Shown piece after piece: positions 47,944 to 57,947 of a stretch of 64,000 nt of DNA. The translations under genes and the position numbers were made by a program. The notes below the pieces were generated by a model. It saw only the letters and a list, made by a program, of their open reading frames with translations, made no database searches and had not been told where the DNA came from. This DNA is from Longimicrobiales bacterium (GTDB taxonomy: Bacteria; Gemmatimonadota; Gemmatimonadetes; Longimicrobiales; Gaopeijiaceae), in contig OZ241892.1 in NCBI GenBank assembly GCA_965203485.1, forward strand, positions 3,392,001 to 3,456,000, written 5' to 3'. The stretch's first letter is position 1; every line of letters begins with the position of its first letter.

Positions 47944-50900
47944 GGCCGGGGTCGTTCGGGCGAGGATGCTTTTCGCCGTCGTGCTGGCGTCGTCGCTTGT
48001 TGCGGCGTTGCCGGGCGGGGCGGGGGCGCAGTCGGCGGCGCCGGCGGTGCAGCGCATCGTGTTTCTCGGCTTGGAGGCGGGGGACAGCACGTACTTTCGG
48101 GGCGAAGCGGTCAAGGTGCGCGTCGTGTTCGACAAGCGTGTCGCGGTGGGGACCGCGAACGGGGCGCCGTACTTGGAGCTGGCGGTCGGGACGGCGACCC
48201 GGCGGGCGTCGTTCGTCAGGTCGAAGCGCAACGCGCTGGACTTTTCGTACACGGTGCAGCGCGCCGACGTGGACAGCGACGGCGTCGGCGTGCCTGCGGG
48301 CGCTCTGACGCTGAACGGGGCGACGATCAAGGCGGAGACGGACGCGGCGACCGACGCGAACGTAGCGCACGGCGCCGTGGCGGGCGGCTTGGGGCGCAAG
48401 GTGGACGGAAGCAAGGTTCGGCCGCCCGAGGTGCAGCGGGTCTTGTTCACGGGCCCGGTGGCCGAGGACAGCACGCACTACCGCGGGGAGACGATCGGCG
48501 TGCGGGTCCTGTTCAAGGAGGACGTGGTGGTGGAGACGGCGGGCGGGCGGCCGCGAGTGGCGCTGGCGGTCGGGTCGCGGACGAGGCACGCGGCGATGAC
48601 GCAGTGGCGCCGGAACCGCATCGACTTCTCGTACACGGTTCAGACGGGCGACGCGGACGCGGACGGCGTGGAGATTGCGGCGAACGCCTTGGGGCTGAAC
48701 GGGGGTACGGTCAAGTCGGCGCTGGACAGCGCGACGAGCGCGGTTCTGGCGCACGAGCGCGTGGCGGGCGGCTTGGCGCGCAAGGTGGACGGAAGCAAGG
48801 TTCGGCCGCCCGAGGTGCAGCGGGTCTTGTTCACGGGCCCGGTGGCCGAGGACAGCACGCACTACCGCGGGGAGACGATCGGCGTGCGGGTCCTGTTCAA
48901 GGAGGACGTGGTGGTGGAGACGGCGGGCGGGCGGCCGCGAGTGGCGCTGGCGGTCGGGTCGCGGACGAGGCACGCGGCGATGACGCAGTGGCGCCGGAAC
49001 CGCATCGACTTCTCGTACACGGTTCAGACGGGCGACGCGGACGCGGACGGCGTGGAGATTGCGGCGAACGCCTTGGGGCTGAACGGGGGTACGGTCAAGT
49101 CGGCGCTGGACAGCGCGACGAGCGCGGTTCTGGCGCACGGGCGCGTGGCGGGCGGCTTGGCGCGCAAGGTGGACGGAAGCAAGGTTCGGCCGCCGAAGGC
49201 GAGCGGCGTGGCGTTCGACAACTCGCCGGCGGGCGGCGACACGTACGGGTACGGGGAGAGGATCGTGGTCCGGGTGGCGTTCGACCGTGCGGTGGTGGTG
49301 AGCACGGCGGGCGGGACGCCGCGCTTGGCGCTGAAGATCGGAGCGGTCGTGCGGCACGCGGCGCTGTCGGACACGGCTGGGACGTACACGCGGCTGCTGT
49401 TTTCGTACGCGGTGCAGGGAAGCGACGCGGCTCCGCGGGGAGCGAGCATCGGGGCGAACGCGCTGGAGTTGAACGGCGGGTCGGTCAAGGCGGGCGCGGA
49501 CGGCGCGACGGACGCGGTTCTGGCGCACGGCGCCGTTGCGGCGGACGCGGCGCGCAAGGTGGACGGTCGCCGCGGGCGGCCGCCGAAGGTGGACGGGGTT
49601 TCGTTCGCGGGCTCGGCTCCCGGCGACAGCACGTACCGGCACGGGGACTCGATCGTCGTGCGGGTGGGCTTCGACGAGTCGGTCGCGGTGGACGTGGCGA
49701 ACGGGAAGCCGCAAGTGGCGTTGGCGGTCGGGACGGTCGTGCGGCAGGCGGTCTTCTCGGCGCACTCGGGCAAGACGGTGGAGTTCGTGTACGTGGTGCA
49801 GTCGGCGGACCGGGACTTGGACGGAGCGAGCGTCGGGGCGAACGCGCTGGCGCTGAACGGCGGCGTGATCACGGGCGCGGCCGACGGCGCTGTTGCGGCG
49901 GACGTGACCCACGACGCGGTGGCGGCGGACGCGACCCGCAAGGTGGACGGACGGCCTCGAATCGTGAGCCTGGAGTTTGTCGACACGCATGGAGCGATAC
50001 AGGGTCTTTACAAGTTCGAAGAAAGGATATGGATTTGGGCGCGCTTCGATCAGAAGCTCGACGTGGGAGGAAGAGTGTCGATGGCGCTGGAAGTAGGAAC
50101 GGACACTGTGCAAGCGACGTCCAGCTTGAGACTCCGCTCGGGGGATAGTGCGGTCGCCTTCTTCTACCGTGTGAAGCGCGAAGATCGAGACGCGGACGGT
50201 GTGAGCGTGCCGAAAGGCGCCCTGGTCCTGAACGGGAGCATTCTGAAGGCGGCGTCGGACGACGCCACGGACGCAAACCTGGAGCATGGAGGGCTCGCGG
50301 CCGACAGCAGTCGCAGAGTGGACGGCAGTTTGATACCGACTCCCAGGCTTCGCGTAGTGGTTCGCAACTCGCCGGCAAAAGGCGCCACGTTTACGTGGAA
50401 AGAAAGGATACATGTTGAAGCCTCCTTTCAAGTAGGCGTGATCATCACGGGCAACCCGCGCTTGACCTTGAACGTGGGCACAAAGACGCGGCAACTGGCG
50501 GCCAGTGTTGTCGATCCCCGCTCCTTCGAATACGTCGTGCAGGCGGGAGACGTGGACGCGGACGGCATCAGCATCCCGGCGAACGCGCTGTCCTTGCCGA
50601 ACGGAGCGACGATTCGGTCGGCGGCCAACACCAGCATCCATGCGACCCTGTCGCACGATTCCGTGCCCGCTGATCCGCAACGAAAGGTGGACGGACGACT
50701 GGTTGAAGCCCCGAGAGCGCTGCGGATGGGCATCGAGCCGCCTCCGTCGCGCGGCGACACGTTTACGCGAGGCGAGATGTTCTACATTAAAATGTTCTTC
50801 GACAGGGACGTTGCAGTGGACACGACGCACGGCCGGCCCCGGATCGCCCTTTCGATAGGGGATTCGACCCGATACGCGACATACCGGCAACCCTCTCGCG

Positions 50901-53900
50901 GCAGACCGTGGATACAAATCTTCGGTTACGTGGTGCAGGCGGGAGACCGTGACGCGGACGGCATCAGCGTCGCGGCGAACGCGCTGTCGGCGAACGGCGG
51001 CTCGATCACCCTGCCGGGCGACACGACGCCCGCGGCGCTGTCGCACGTTCCAATGCCGGCGGGATGGAAGGTGGACGGAAGCCGCACGGCGCCTCCGAGC
51101 GTGCGCTGGGTCTGGTTCAACGCTCCGCTGAGCGAGGGCACGTACCTGCGGGGCGAGCGGATCCACGTGACGGCGGAATTCGACCGGCGGACCTCGGTGG
51201 ATACGGCCGGAGGCACGCCTCGGATGGCGATCCGCGTGGGAAATTCGACACGCCACGCGACGTACGCGGGCGGGCCGGGCGCGTACAGGTACCTCAACTT
51301 CCATTACGTGGTGCAGGCGGGAGACCGTGACGCGGACGGCGTCAGCATCGCGGCGAACGCGCTGTCGGCGAACGGCGGCTCGATCACTGCGCCGGGCGAC
51401 ACGGCGGCGGCGGACCTGTCGCACGGGCCGGTGGCGGCGGACGGGGCGCACAGGGTGGACGGGCGGCGATCAGGAACGGCCAAGATACAGTCGATCGCCG
51501 TGATTCCGCATCCCTCGCGCGACAGCACCTACACGCGGGACGAACTGATCTACGTGTACGTGTCGTTCGACCGGGACGTGGCTGTGGCCACGACGGGCGG
51601 ACGGCCCCGGATCGCGCTCGCCATCGGGGATTCGACACGGTACGCGACGTACTCGCATTTGTTCGGACGATACCCGTCGTCGCAACACGTATTCCACTAC
51701 GCAGTGCAGGCGGGAGACCAGGACGCGGACGGCATCAGCATCGCGGCGAACGCCTTGTCGGCGAACGGCGGTTCGGTCACTGCGCCGGACGACACGGTGG
51801 CGGCGGACCTGTCGCACGGACCGTTGGCGGCTGACTCGGCGTACAAGGTGAACGGCAGTCGCATCGGCGCTCCGCGCGTCCAGGCGATGTGGTCGCTCCC
51901 GCCAGCGAGCGGGAACACGTACGTGCGAGGCGAGCGGATCAGGATGAGGGTGTCCTTCGACCGGCGGACTTCGGCGGACACGGTCGGAGGTCGGCCCCGG
52001 TTGGCGATCCGCATAGGGGACTCGACGCGCTACGCGACGGGTTGGAACATGCCGGCCACGGGTATTGTCTTCGACTTCGTCTACGTCGTGCAGCGGACGG
52101 ACGTGGACACGGACGGGATCAGCGTAGGAGCGAACGCGCTGTCGGCGAACGGCGGCTCGATCACCTTGCCGGGCAGCACGATGCCCGCCGTCCTGGCGCA
52201 CGACTCCATGCCGGCGGACTTGTCGCGCAGGGTGGACGGGCGGCGGACGTCCATCCGGGCCGGCCGGAACCACGCGCCCACCGTCGTGGCGCCCATCCCC
52301 GCGAGGGTCGTTGAGGTCGCAAGCGATCCGGCGGCGGAGGAGCTGTCGGCGTACTTTCGGGACCCCGACGGCGACCCGCTGGCCTATTCCGCGGTCTCGG
52401 CCGCGCAACGAGTAGCGGACGTGGAGATTGCGGGCAGCGTCTTGACGATCCGGCCGCTGGCCGTGGGCCGGTCCGTCGTGACCGTCGGGGCGGCGGACCC
52501 GGGGGGCGGCGAAGCGGAGCAGAGCTTCTTGGTGACGGTGGAGGCGTCGCGGTCGGACCGGGCCAGGATCCTGAAGCGATCGCTGGCGGCGTTCGGCCGA
52601 GCCGTGGGAACCGAGACGGTCGAAGCGATAGGCGGGCGGCTCGAGACGGCGGACGAACCGGGCGCAATGGGCGGACCGGATGTGCAGGTGGGGGGCCGCT
52701 CGCTCGCGTGCGTTGGCGCGTCGGGCTCTCGGGGTTGCGGGTTGCAGGAGCTGGCGCGCCAAGCGGCGGGTCTCGTTGGGTTGCGGGTCTCGCAGGGAGC
52801 GGGCAGTCTGGCGTCGTTGCTGCATGCGGTTGCGGAGGGCGGCCACGACGCCGGCGCCGTGCGCGGGCTGGTGGGGGCGTTCGGTCGGCCGGCGGACGCC
52901 GGCGCGGTCAACGGTCTCGAAACGCCGCACGGATTCGGCGCAGTCGGCGGTTCCGCAGCGCCGGGCGGATTCGGCGCTGTGGACGGTCGCGGCGTTGCTC
53001 ATGGAGTCGCGGCCGCCGGTGGTCGCGGCGACAGCCGTCGCTGGGGCCGGTTGGTCAGCATCGATCCGTTGTCGCGCAGACGAGCGCTGGCGCGGTCTTC
53101 CTTCCGGTTCTCGCCGGGCGCCGCCGACCGAGCCGTGCCGGGCGGATGGACGTTCTGGGGCCAAGCCAATGCCGGCGGCTTCAAGGGCCGGCCCGACGAC
53201 GATCTCGCGCTGGACGGAACGGTGCGGTCGGCCTACTTGGGCGCCGACTACCGGTTCGGGCGCGGGCCGCTGGTGGGCCTCGCGCTGTCCCGCGCGACGA
53301 GTTCGATCGGCTTCGAGAGCGGCGTCGCCGGGGCCGGCGCGGTGGATGCGCGCCTGACGGGCTTGTATCCGTACGTCCAGTGGTCTCCTCGCAAGGGCTT
53401 GAGCGCGTGGGGGTTGCTGGGAGCGGGCCGGGGAACGGCGAGCATGTCGGAGGACGCGACGGGCCGCCGGTTCGAGACGCGCATGAGGATGCTGATGACG
53501 GCGGCGGGCGCGCGCCGGAGGCTCGTGGGCGTGCTCGCGTTCAAAGCGGACGCGTTCGTGGTGCGCACCGATGCCGGGGAGTTGCCGGACTTGCCGGGCG
53601 TCGCCGCCACTGTGCACCGGTTGCGTCTCGCGCCGGAGATCGGCGGGCGCTGGGCCGTGTCGGAGCGGTCGTCGATCAGCTCGGAGGTCGAGCTGGGGGC
53701 GCGCTTCGACGGCGGGGACGCGGAGACGGGCGCCGGGGCCGAAGCCGGCGCGAGGCTCGCGTATGCGCACGAGGGCGCCGGGCTGAGCGTGGACGTGCGC
53801 GGGCGGGCGCTGGTGGCGCACCAGGCGGCAGGCTTCGAGGACTGGGGCGCCAGCGTGTCGGTTCGCCTGCGGCCGGGCCGCGACGAAGGGGGCCTGTCGT

Positions 53901-54304
53901 TCGCGCTCGAGCCGGCGTGGGGCAACGCTGCAAGCGGAGCGGCGGCGTTGTGGCGCGACGGGACGATCAGCGGCGCGCTCGGCGCGTCGTTGGGACGCGC
54001 ACCGGCTGGGGACGCAATGGAGGCGGCGATTCCAGACTGGAAGGCAAGCCGAATCAACATGGAAACGGCCTACGCGATCGTGTTGCCGGACGGCGGCCGG
54101 GTCGCTCCGTTCGGCCGATTGGCGGTCGAGAACGGATCGGGGCGCCGCATCAACGTGGGAATCCGCCTGTCCACGCTCGGGGCGTCCGCCGATGCGGCGC
54201 ACAAGGTCCGGGCGACGATCGACCTGTTCGGCGAGCATGTGTCGCGCGGCGCCGAGCCCGCCGACCGCAGGCTGGGCGTGCAGGGCGCCGTTCGGCTCAG
54301 GTAA
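47924..54304 (+). CDS. Large autotransporter-like surface protein, 11 repeats (copy 2)
   Basis: Near-identical to 5409-11426 except for the central repeats; start uncertain (GTG 47924 or ATG 47966). Confidence 0.8.
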   Translation: MLHIRAEAGVVRARMLFAVVLASSLVAALPGGAGAQSAAPAVQRIVFLGLEAGDSTYFRGEAVKVRVVFDKRVAVGTANGAPYLELAVGTATRRASFVRSKRNALDFSYTVQRADVDSDGVGVPAGALTLNGATIKAETDAATDANVAHGAVAGGLGRKVDGSKVRPPEVQRVLFTGPVAEDSTHYRGETIGVRVLFKEDVVVETAGGRPRVALAVGSRTRHAAMTQWRRNRIDFSYTVQTGDADADGVEIAANALGLNGGTVKSALDSATSAVLAHERVAGGLARKVDGSKVRPPEVQRVLFTGPVAEDSTHYRGETIGVRVLFKEDVVVETAGGRPRVALAVGSRTRHAAMTQWRRNRIDFSYTVQTGDADADGVEIAANALGLNGGTVKSALDSATSAVLAHGRVAGGLARKVDGSKVRPPKASGVAFDNSPAGGDTYGYGERIVVRVAFDRAVVVSTAGGTPRLALKIGAVVRHAALSDTAGTYTRLLFSYAVQGSDAAPRGASIGANALELNGGSVKAGADGATDAVLAHGAVAADAARKVDGRRGRPPKVDGVSFAGSAPGDSTYRHGDSIVVRVGFDESVAVDVANGKPQVALAVGTVVRQAVFSAHSGKTVEFVYVVQSADRDLDGASVGANALALNGGVITGAADGAVAADVTHDAVAADATRKVDGRPRIVSLEFVDTHGAIQGLYKFEERIWIWARFDQKLDVGGRVSMALEVGTDTVQATSSLRLRSGDSAVAFFYRVKREDRDADGVSVPKGALVLNGSILKAASDDATDANLEHGGLAADSSRRVDGSLIPTPRLRVVVRNSPAKGATFTWKERIHVEASFQVGVIITGNPRLTLNVGTKTRQLAASVVDPRSFEYVVQAGDVDADGISIPANALSLPNGATIRSAANTSIHATLSHDSVPADPQRKVDGRLVEAPRALRMGIEPPPSRGDTFTRGEMFYIKMFFDRDVAVDTTHGRPRIALSIGDSTRYATYRQPSRGRPWIQIFGYVVQAGDRDADGISVAANALSANGGSITLPGDTTPAALSHVPMPAGWKVDGSRTAPPSVRWVWFNAPLSEGTYLRGERIHVTAEFDRRTSVDTAGGTPRMAIRVGNSTRHATYAGGPGAYRYLNFHYVVQAGDRDADGVSIAANALSANGGSITAPGDTAAADLSHGPVAADGAHRVDGRRSGTAKIQSIAVIPHPSRDSTYTRDELIYVYVSFDRDVAVATTGGRPRIALAIGDSTRYATYSHLFGRYPSSQHVFHYAVQAGDQDADGISIAANALSANGGSVTAPDDTVAADLSHGPLAADSAYKVNGSRIGAPRVQAMWSLPPASGNTYVRGERIRMRVSFDRRTSADTVGGRPRLAIRIGDSTRYATGWNMPATGIVFDFVYVVQRTDVDTDGISVGANALSANGGSITLPGSTMPAVLAHDSMPADLSRRVDGRRTSIRAGRNHAPTVVAPIPARVVEVASDPAAEELSAYFRDPDGDPLAYSAVSAAQRVADVEIAGSVLTIRPLAVGRSVVTVGAADPGGGEAEQSFLVTVEASRSDRARILKRSLAAFGRAVGTETVEAIGGRLETADEPGAMGGPDVQVGGRSLACVGASGSRGCGLQELARQAAGLVGLRVSQGAGSLASLLHAVAEGGHDAGAVRGLVGAFGRPADAGAVNGLETPHGFGAVGGSAAPGGFGAVDGRGVAHGVAAAGGRGDSRRWGRLVSIDPLSRRRALARSSFRFSPGAADRAVPGGWTFWGQANAGGFKGRPDDDLALDGTVRSAYLGADYRFGRGPLVGLALSRATSSIGFESGVAGAGAVDARLTGLYPYVQWSPRKGLSAWGLLGAGRGTASMSEDATGRRFETRMRMLMTAAGARRRLVGVLAFKADAFVVRTDAGELPDLPGVAATVHRLRLAPEIGGRWAVSERSSISSEVELGARFDGGDAETGAGAEAGARLAYAHEGAGLSVDVRGRALVAHQAAGFEDWGASVSVRLRPGRDEGGLSFALEPAWGNAASGAAALWRDGTISGALGASLGRAPAGDAMEAAIPDWKASRINMETAYAIVLPDGGRVAPFGRLAVENGSGRRINVGIRLSTLGASADAAHKVRATIDLFGEHVSRGAEPADRRLGVQGAVRLR
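48398..49165 (+). repeat. In-frame 384-bp tandem duplication (128 aa)
   Basis: aaggtggacggaagcaaggttcggccgcc recurs at 48398, 48782 and 49166. Confidence 0.92.
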
Positions 54305-54392
54305 GGCAACCCGCCGGGCCCGACGACGAGGAGAGACGCTTGCTGCAGCTTGAATGCGGCCTGAACCGACATCGCTCCGCGACGCGAACTGC

Positions 54393-54848
54393 ATGTCGGC
54401 GAATCTCATGACGAACGCGGGAACCCGACGAGAAGTTCACCAAGCGCTGATCAGCGACCACTTCAGGCGGCCCCGCAACCGGGGCGCGCTGGACGGCGGA
54501 GCCGCCATGGGCCGGGCGGACAATCCAGCGTGCGGCGATGTCGTGCGGGTGTGGGCCAGCGTCCGCGACGGCAAGATCGACAAAGCGACGTTCGACGGCA
54601 CCGGTTGCCTGCTTTCTCAAGCCGCGGCGTCAATGGTCACGGCGCTAGTGCGCGGCAAGACGCTGGACGCGGTCGCGAGGCTGCGAAGCGCGTTCGTCGA
54701 GGGCATGCAGCCGGACGCCGAAAGTCTGCCGGCGGAGTTCGGCGACCTGCGGGCGCTGGAAGGCGTGAGGCGTTTTCCGAGCCGAGCCCGTTGCGCCGTT
54801 CTGGCCTTCGACGCCTTGGCCGAGGCCCTGGCTGCCGGGCAAGACTGA
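54393..54848 (+). CDS. sufU: SUF-type NifU/IscU family Fe-S assembly protein
   Basis: DHFRRPRN, NPACGD, GCLLSQAAAS, FPSRARCA; start uncertain (54393/54408). Confidence 0.8.
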   Translation: MSANLMTNAGTRREVHQALISDHFRRPRNRGALDGGAAMGRADNPACGDVVRVWASVRDGKIDKATFDGTGCLLSQAAASMVTALVRGKTLDAVARLRSAFVEGMQPDAESLPAEFGDLRALEGVRRFPSRARCAVLAFDALAEALAAGQD

Positions 54849-54979
54849 ACTAGACGGCCTGCCGGTCGGCCGCGTTGTCGATGGTTCGCCCGTCCGGGTC
54901 TCCCGTGGCGTGTCCGCCCGTCTCGCGCTACTATGGACTGGACCCGCCACCAGACTTCATCCCTGACTTGAGGAGCTTC

Positions 54980-57763
54980 GTGACCGTGGGCCGATTCGCC
55001 GTTTCTTTTCGCGCCGGTTCTCGCCGGTTCAAGCCGTCCGTCTTCCGCGCTCCGCTTCTCGCATTGGCCGTCGTTGCGGGCGGCGCAATGGCGCTTGGGG
55101 CCTCCGGAGCAGCCGCGCAGCTCACGTCGCCCGAGGAGCAGTTCGGGTACCGCCTGGGCACCGACTACCAGCTGGTGGACTACCAGGGCCTCTCCGACTA
55201 CTGGCGCTTGCTGGCGGAGCAGTCGGACCGCATGACCGTCGAATCCATCGGCAAGACATCGGAAGGCCGCGACCAGTGGATGGCGGTGATCACGTCGCCG
55301 GCCAACCGCCCGGAGCTGGCGCGCTACCAGGAGATCGCCCGGCGGCTGGCCCTGGCGGACGGCGTGAGCGAGGACGAGGCGCGCGCGTTGGCCGCGGAGG
55401 GCAAGGCCGTAGTCTGGATCGACGGAGGACTCCACGCCACCGAGGTGCTGGGTGCCCAGCAACTGATGGAGCTGGTGTGGCAAATGGTGAGTCGCGACGA
55501 CGACGAAACGCTGCGCTTCCTGGACGAAGTCGTCCTGCTCGCGGCCCACGCCAACCCGGACGGCCACGCCCTGGTCGCCAACTGGTACATGCGCAACGAA
55601 GACCCCCTTGAGCGCTCGACGCAGGGCGTGCCCGTCCTGTACCAAAAGTACGCGGGCCACGACAACAACCGCGACTTCTACATGGCCTCGCTTGCCGAGA
55701 CCGAAAACATGAACCGGGTCGTCTACCGGGAGTGGTTTCCGCAGATCGTCTTCAACCATCATCAGACGGGACCGTCCGGCACCGTGATGTTCGCTCCGCC
55801 GTTCCGCGACCCGCCGAACCACAACCTCGATCCCATCATCATCACAAGCTTGGACCAAGTGGGCTCGGCGATGCACCACAGGATGGTGGTCGAAGGCAAG
55901 GGCGGCACGACCATGCGACGTGGCGCGAGCTATTCGACGTGGTGGAACGGCGGACTGCGCACGACGCCGTACTTCCACAACATGATCGGACTGCTCACCG
56001 AGACGATAGGCCATCCGACGCCGATCGAGATTCCGTTCTTGCCCGGGCGCCAGATTACGCACGGCGACCTGCCTCTGCCCGTCAATCCCGGCAAGTGGCA
56101 CTTCCGGCAGTCCGTCGATTATTCGCAGACCGCCAACCGCGCTGTCCTCGACTATGCGGCGCGCAACCGCGAGCATCTGCTCTTCAACATCTGGCGCATG
56201 GGTGCGAACTCCATCGAGAGAGGCAGCCGCGATTCGTGGACGGTGTTGCCGAAGTGGATCGACCAAGTTGCCGACGCCGTAGGGTCAAGGGGCGCGATGG
56301 AGGACTACGAAGCGCACTTGCGCGATCCATCCAAGCGCGACGCGCGGGCGTACGTCTTGCCGTCCGACCAGCGAGACTTCCCGACGGCCACCAAGTTCGT
56401 CAACGCGCTCCTCAAGAACGGCGTAACCGTGCATGTTGCCGCCCGCGACTTCTCGCTAGGCGGAAAGGACTATCCCGAGGGCTCCTACGTGGTCGTGACG
56501 GCCCAGGCGTTTCGGCCGCACGTGCTGGACATGTTCGAGCCGCAGAATCATCCCAACGACTTCCAGTATCCGGGCGGGCCGCCGATCGCGCCCTACGACA
56601 ACGCGGGTTGGACGCTGGCGCTTCAGATGGGCGTTGAGTTCGACCGCATTCTGGACCCGGTGAGCGGACCCTTCGAGTCCATCGACTGGCTGGCCGATCC
56701 CCGTGCCGGGCAGGTTACCGGTCCGGCGTCGGCAGCGGGCTATGCGACCGCCCACGTGAACGACGCGTTCGTCGCGGCCAACCGCGTCCTGCGATCCGGC
56801 GGCGAAGTATTCTGGCTGGAGGACGAGCACGTCGCCGGCGACGTTCGGCTTGCGGCGGGGACCTTCTACTTCCCCGCGGCTTCAGCGAGCCGGGAGACCC
56901 TCGAGGAATGGGCCGCAGAGCTGGGCGTCTCGTTCCACGGCTTGGAGGAGCCGCCCGCGGGCGGCGCAATGGCCCTTTCGGCCCCGCGGATCGGCTTGTG
57001 GGACCGTTACGGGGGGTCGATGCCGTCCGGATGGACGCGCTACGTGCTCGAGAACTTCGAGTTCGACTTCGACGTCGTCTATCCGCCCGAGGTGGACGCA
57101 GGCGGGCTCGCCGGACGGTTCGACGTGATTGTCCTGCCCGACGGCGCGATGAACGCAGGCGGCGGGCGCGGATTCCGGGGAGGCGCGAGCGAAGAGTTCC
57201 TGGCCAGCCTTCCGGACTCGTTGCGCTCCCGCGTGGGCTCGCTGACGGCCGAGGCCAGCGTGCCCCAGCTGCGCGCCTTCATGGAGCAGGGCGGCGCGGT
57301 CGTCGCGATCGGGTCGTCCACTGTGCTGGCCGGTCACCTGGGATTGCCGCTTGAGGACCACCTGCGCGACGAGCAAGGAAATCCGCCGAGCCGCGACGAC
57401 TACTTCACTCCTGGGTCCGTTCACGAAGTGCGCGTTGACCACGGTAGCCCGGTCACGTACGGACTCGGCGAACGCGTGCACGTGCTCCACAGCCACAGCC
57501 CCGTGTTCGAGATCGGCGCGAACGCGGAAGGCGTGCGCCGCCTAGCGTGGTACGATTCGCCCGAGCCCTTGGTCAGCGGCTGGGCCTGGGGCCAAGCGCG
57601 CCTGGAGGGGGGCGCGAGCATGGTCGAAGCGGACGTGGGCGCGGGCAAGCTGTTCCTGTTCGGTCCCAAGATCACCTTCCGCTCGCAGGCCCACGGCACG
57701 TTCCCACTGCTGTTCAACAGCATCCACTACGGAGCTTCGCGGCGGCACCGCCCGGCAAGCTAG
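54980..57763 (+). CDS. Secreted M14-family zinc carboxypeptidase with C-terminal GATase-like domain
   Basis: GLHATE, NPDG, DNNRD, NHHQ; AGGAG RBS before GTG 54980. Confidence 0.85.
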   Translation: MTVGRFAVSFRAGSRRFKPSVFRAPLLALAVVAGGAMALGASGAAAQLTSPEEQFGYRLGTDYQLVDYQGLSDYWRLLAEQSDRMTVESIGKTSEGRDQWMAVITSPANRPELARYQEIARRLALADGVSEDEARALAAEGKAVVWIDGGLHATEVLGAQQLMELVWQMVSRDDDETLRFLDEVVLLAAHANPDGHALVANWYMRNEDPLERSTQGVPVLYQKYAGHDNNRDFYMASLAETENMNRVVYREWFPQIVFNHHQTGPSGTVMFAPPFRDPPNHNLDPIIITSLDQVGSAMHHRMVVEGKGGTTMRRGASYSTWWNGGLRTTPYFHNMIGLLTETIGHPTPIEIPFLPGRQITHGDLPLPVNPGKWHFRQSVDYSQTANRAVLDYAARNREHLLFNIWRMGANSIERGSRDSWTVLPKWIDQVADAVGSRGAMEDYEAHLRDPSKRDARAYVLPSDQRDFPTATKFVNALLKNGVTVHVAARDFSLGGKDYPEGSYVVVTAQAFRPHVLDMFEPQNHPNDFQYPGGPPIAPYDNAGWTLALQMGVEFDRILDPVSGPFESIDWLADPRAGQVTGPASAAGYATAHVNDAFVAANRVLRSGGEVFWLEDEHVAGDVRLAAGTFYFPAASASRETLEEWAAELGVSFHGLEEPPAGGAMALSAPRIGLWDRYGGSMPSGWTRYVLENFEFDFDVVYPPEVDAGGLAGRFDVIVLPDGAMNAGGGRGFRGGASEEFLASLPDSLRSRVGSLTAEASVPQLRAFMEQGGAVVAIGSSTVLAGHLGLPLEDHLRDEQGNPPSRDDYFTPGSVHEVRVDHGSPVTYGLGERVHVLHSHSPVFEIGANAEGVRRLAWYDSPEPLVSGWAWGQARLEGGASMVEADVGAGKLFLFGPKITFRSQAHGTFPLLFNSIHYGASRRHRPAS

Positions 57764-57947
57764 ACCGGAAGCGGCGATTGCGCGTGTGCCAGTGCGCACC
57801 TGGACGGAACCCAGCCGCCACCGGCATTTGCGGTTACCATTTGGGGTCGCCGCCTTCGATCGGTTGGCCCGAGCCGGCGCAAGTACTCCCTGAAGGCGCG
57901 AGGCAACAAGCCTAGCGCGTAACTGGCCGGGCTGGCCTGCGAGTCGC

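Noticed and set aside
47786..54409. Very long antisense ORFs (1221 and 979 aa; also 8325-11360, 30239-32413, 59286-61766)
   Set aside because: Arg/Pro/His-rich shadow frames of real genes in high-GC DNA, with no recognisable motifs
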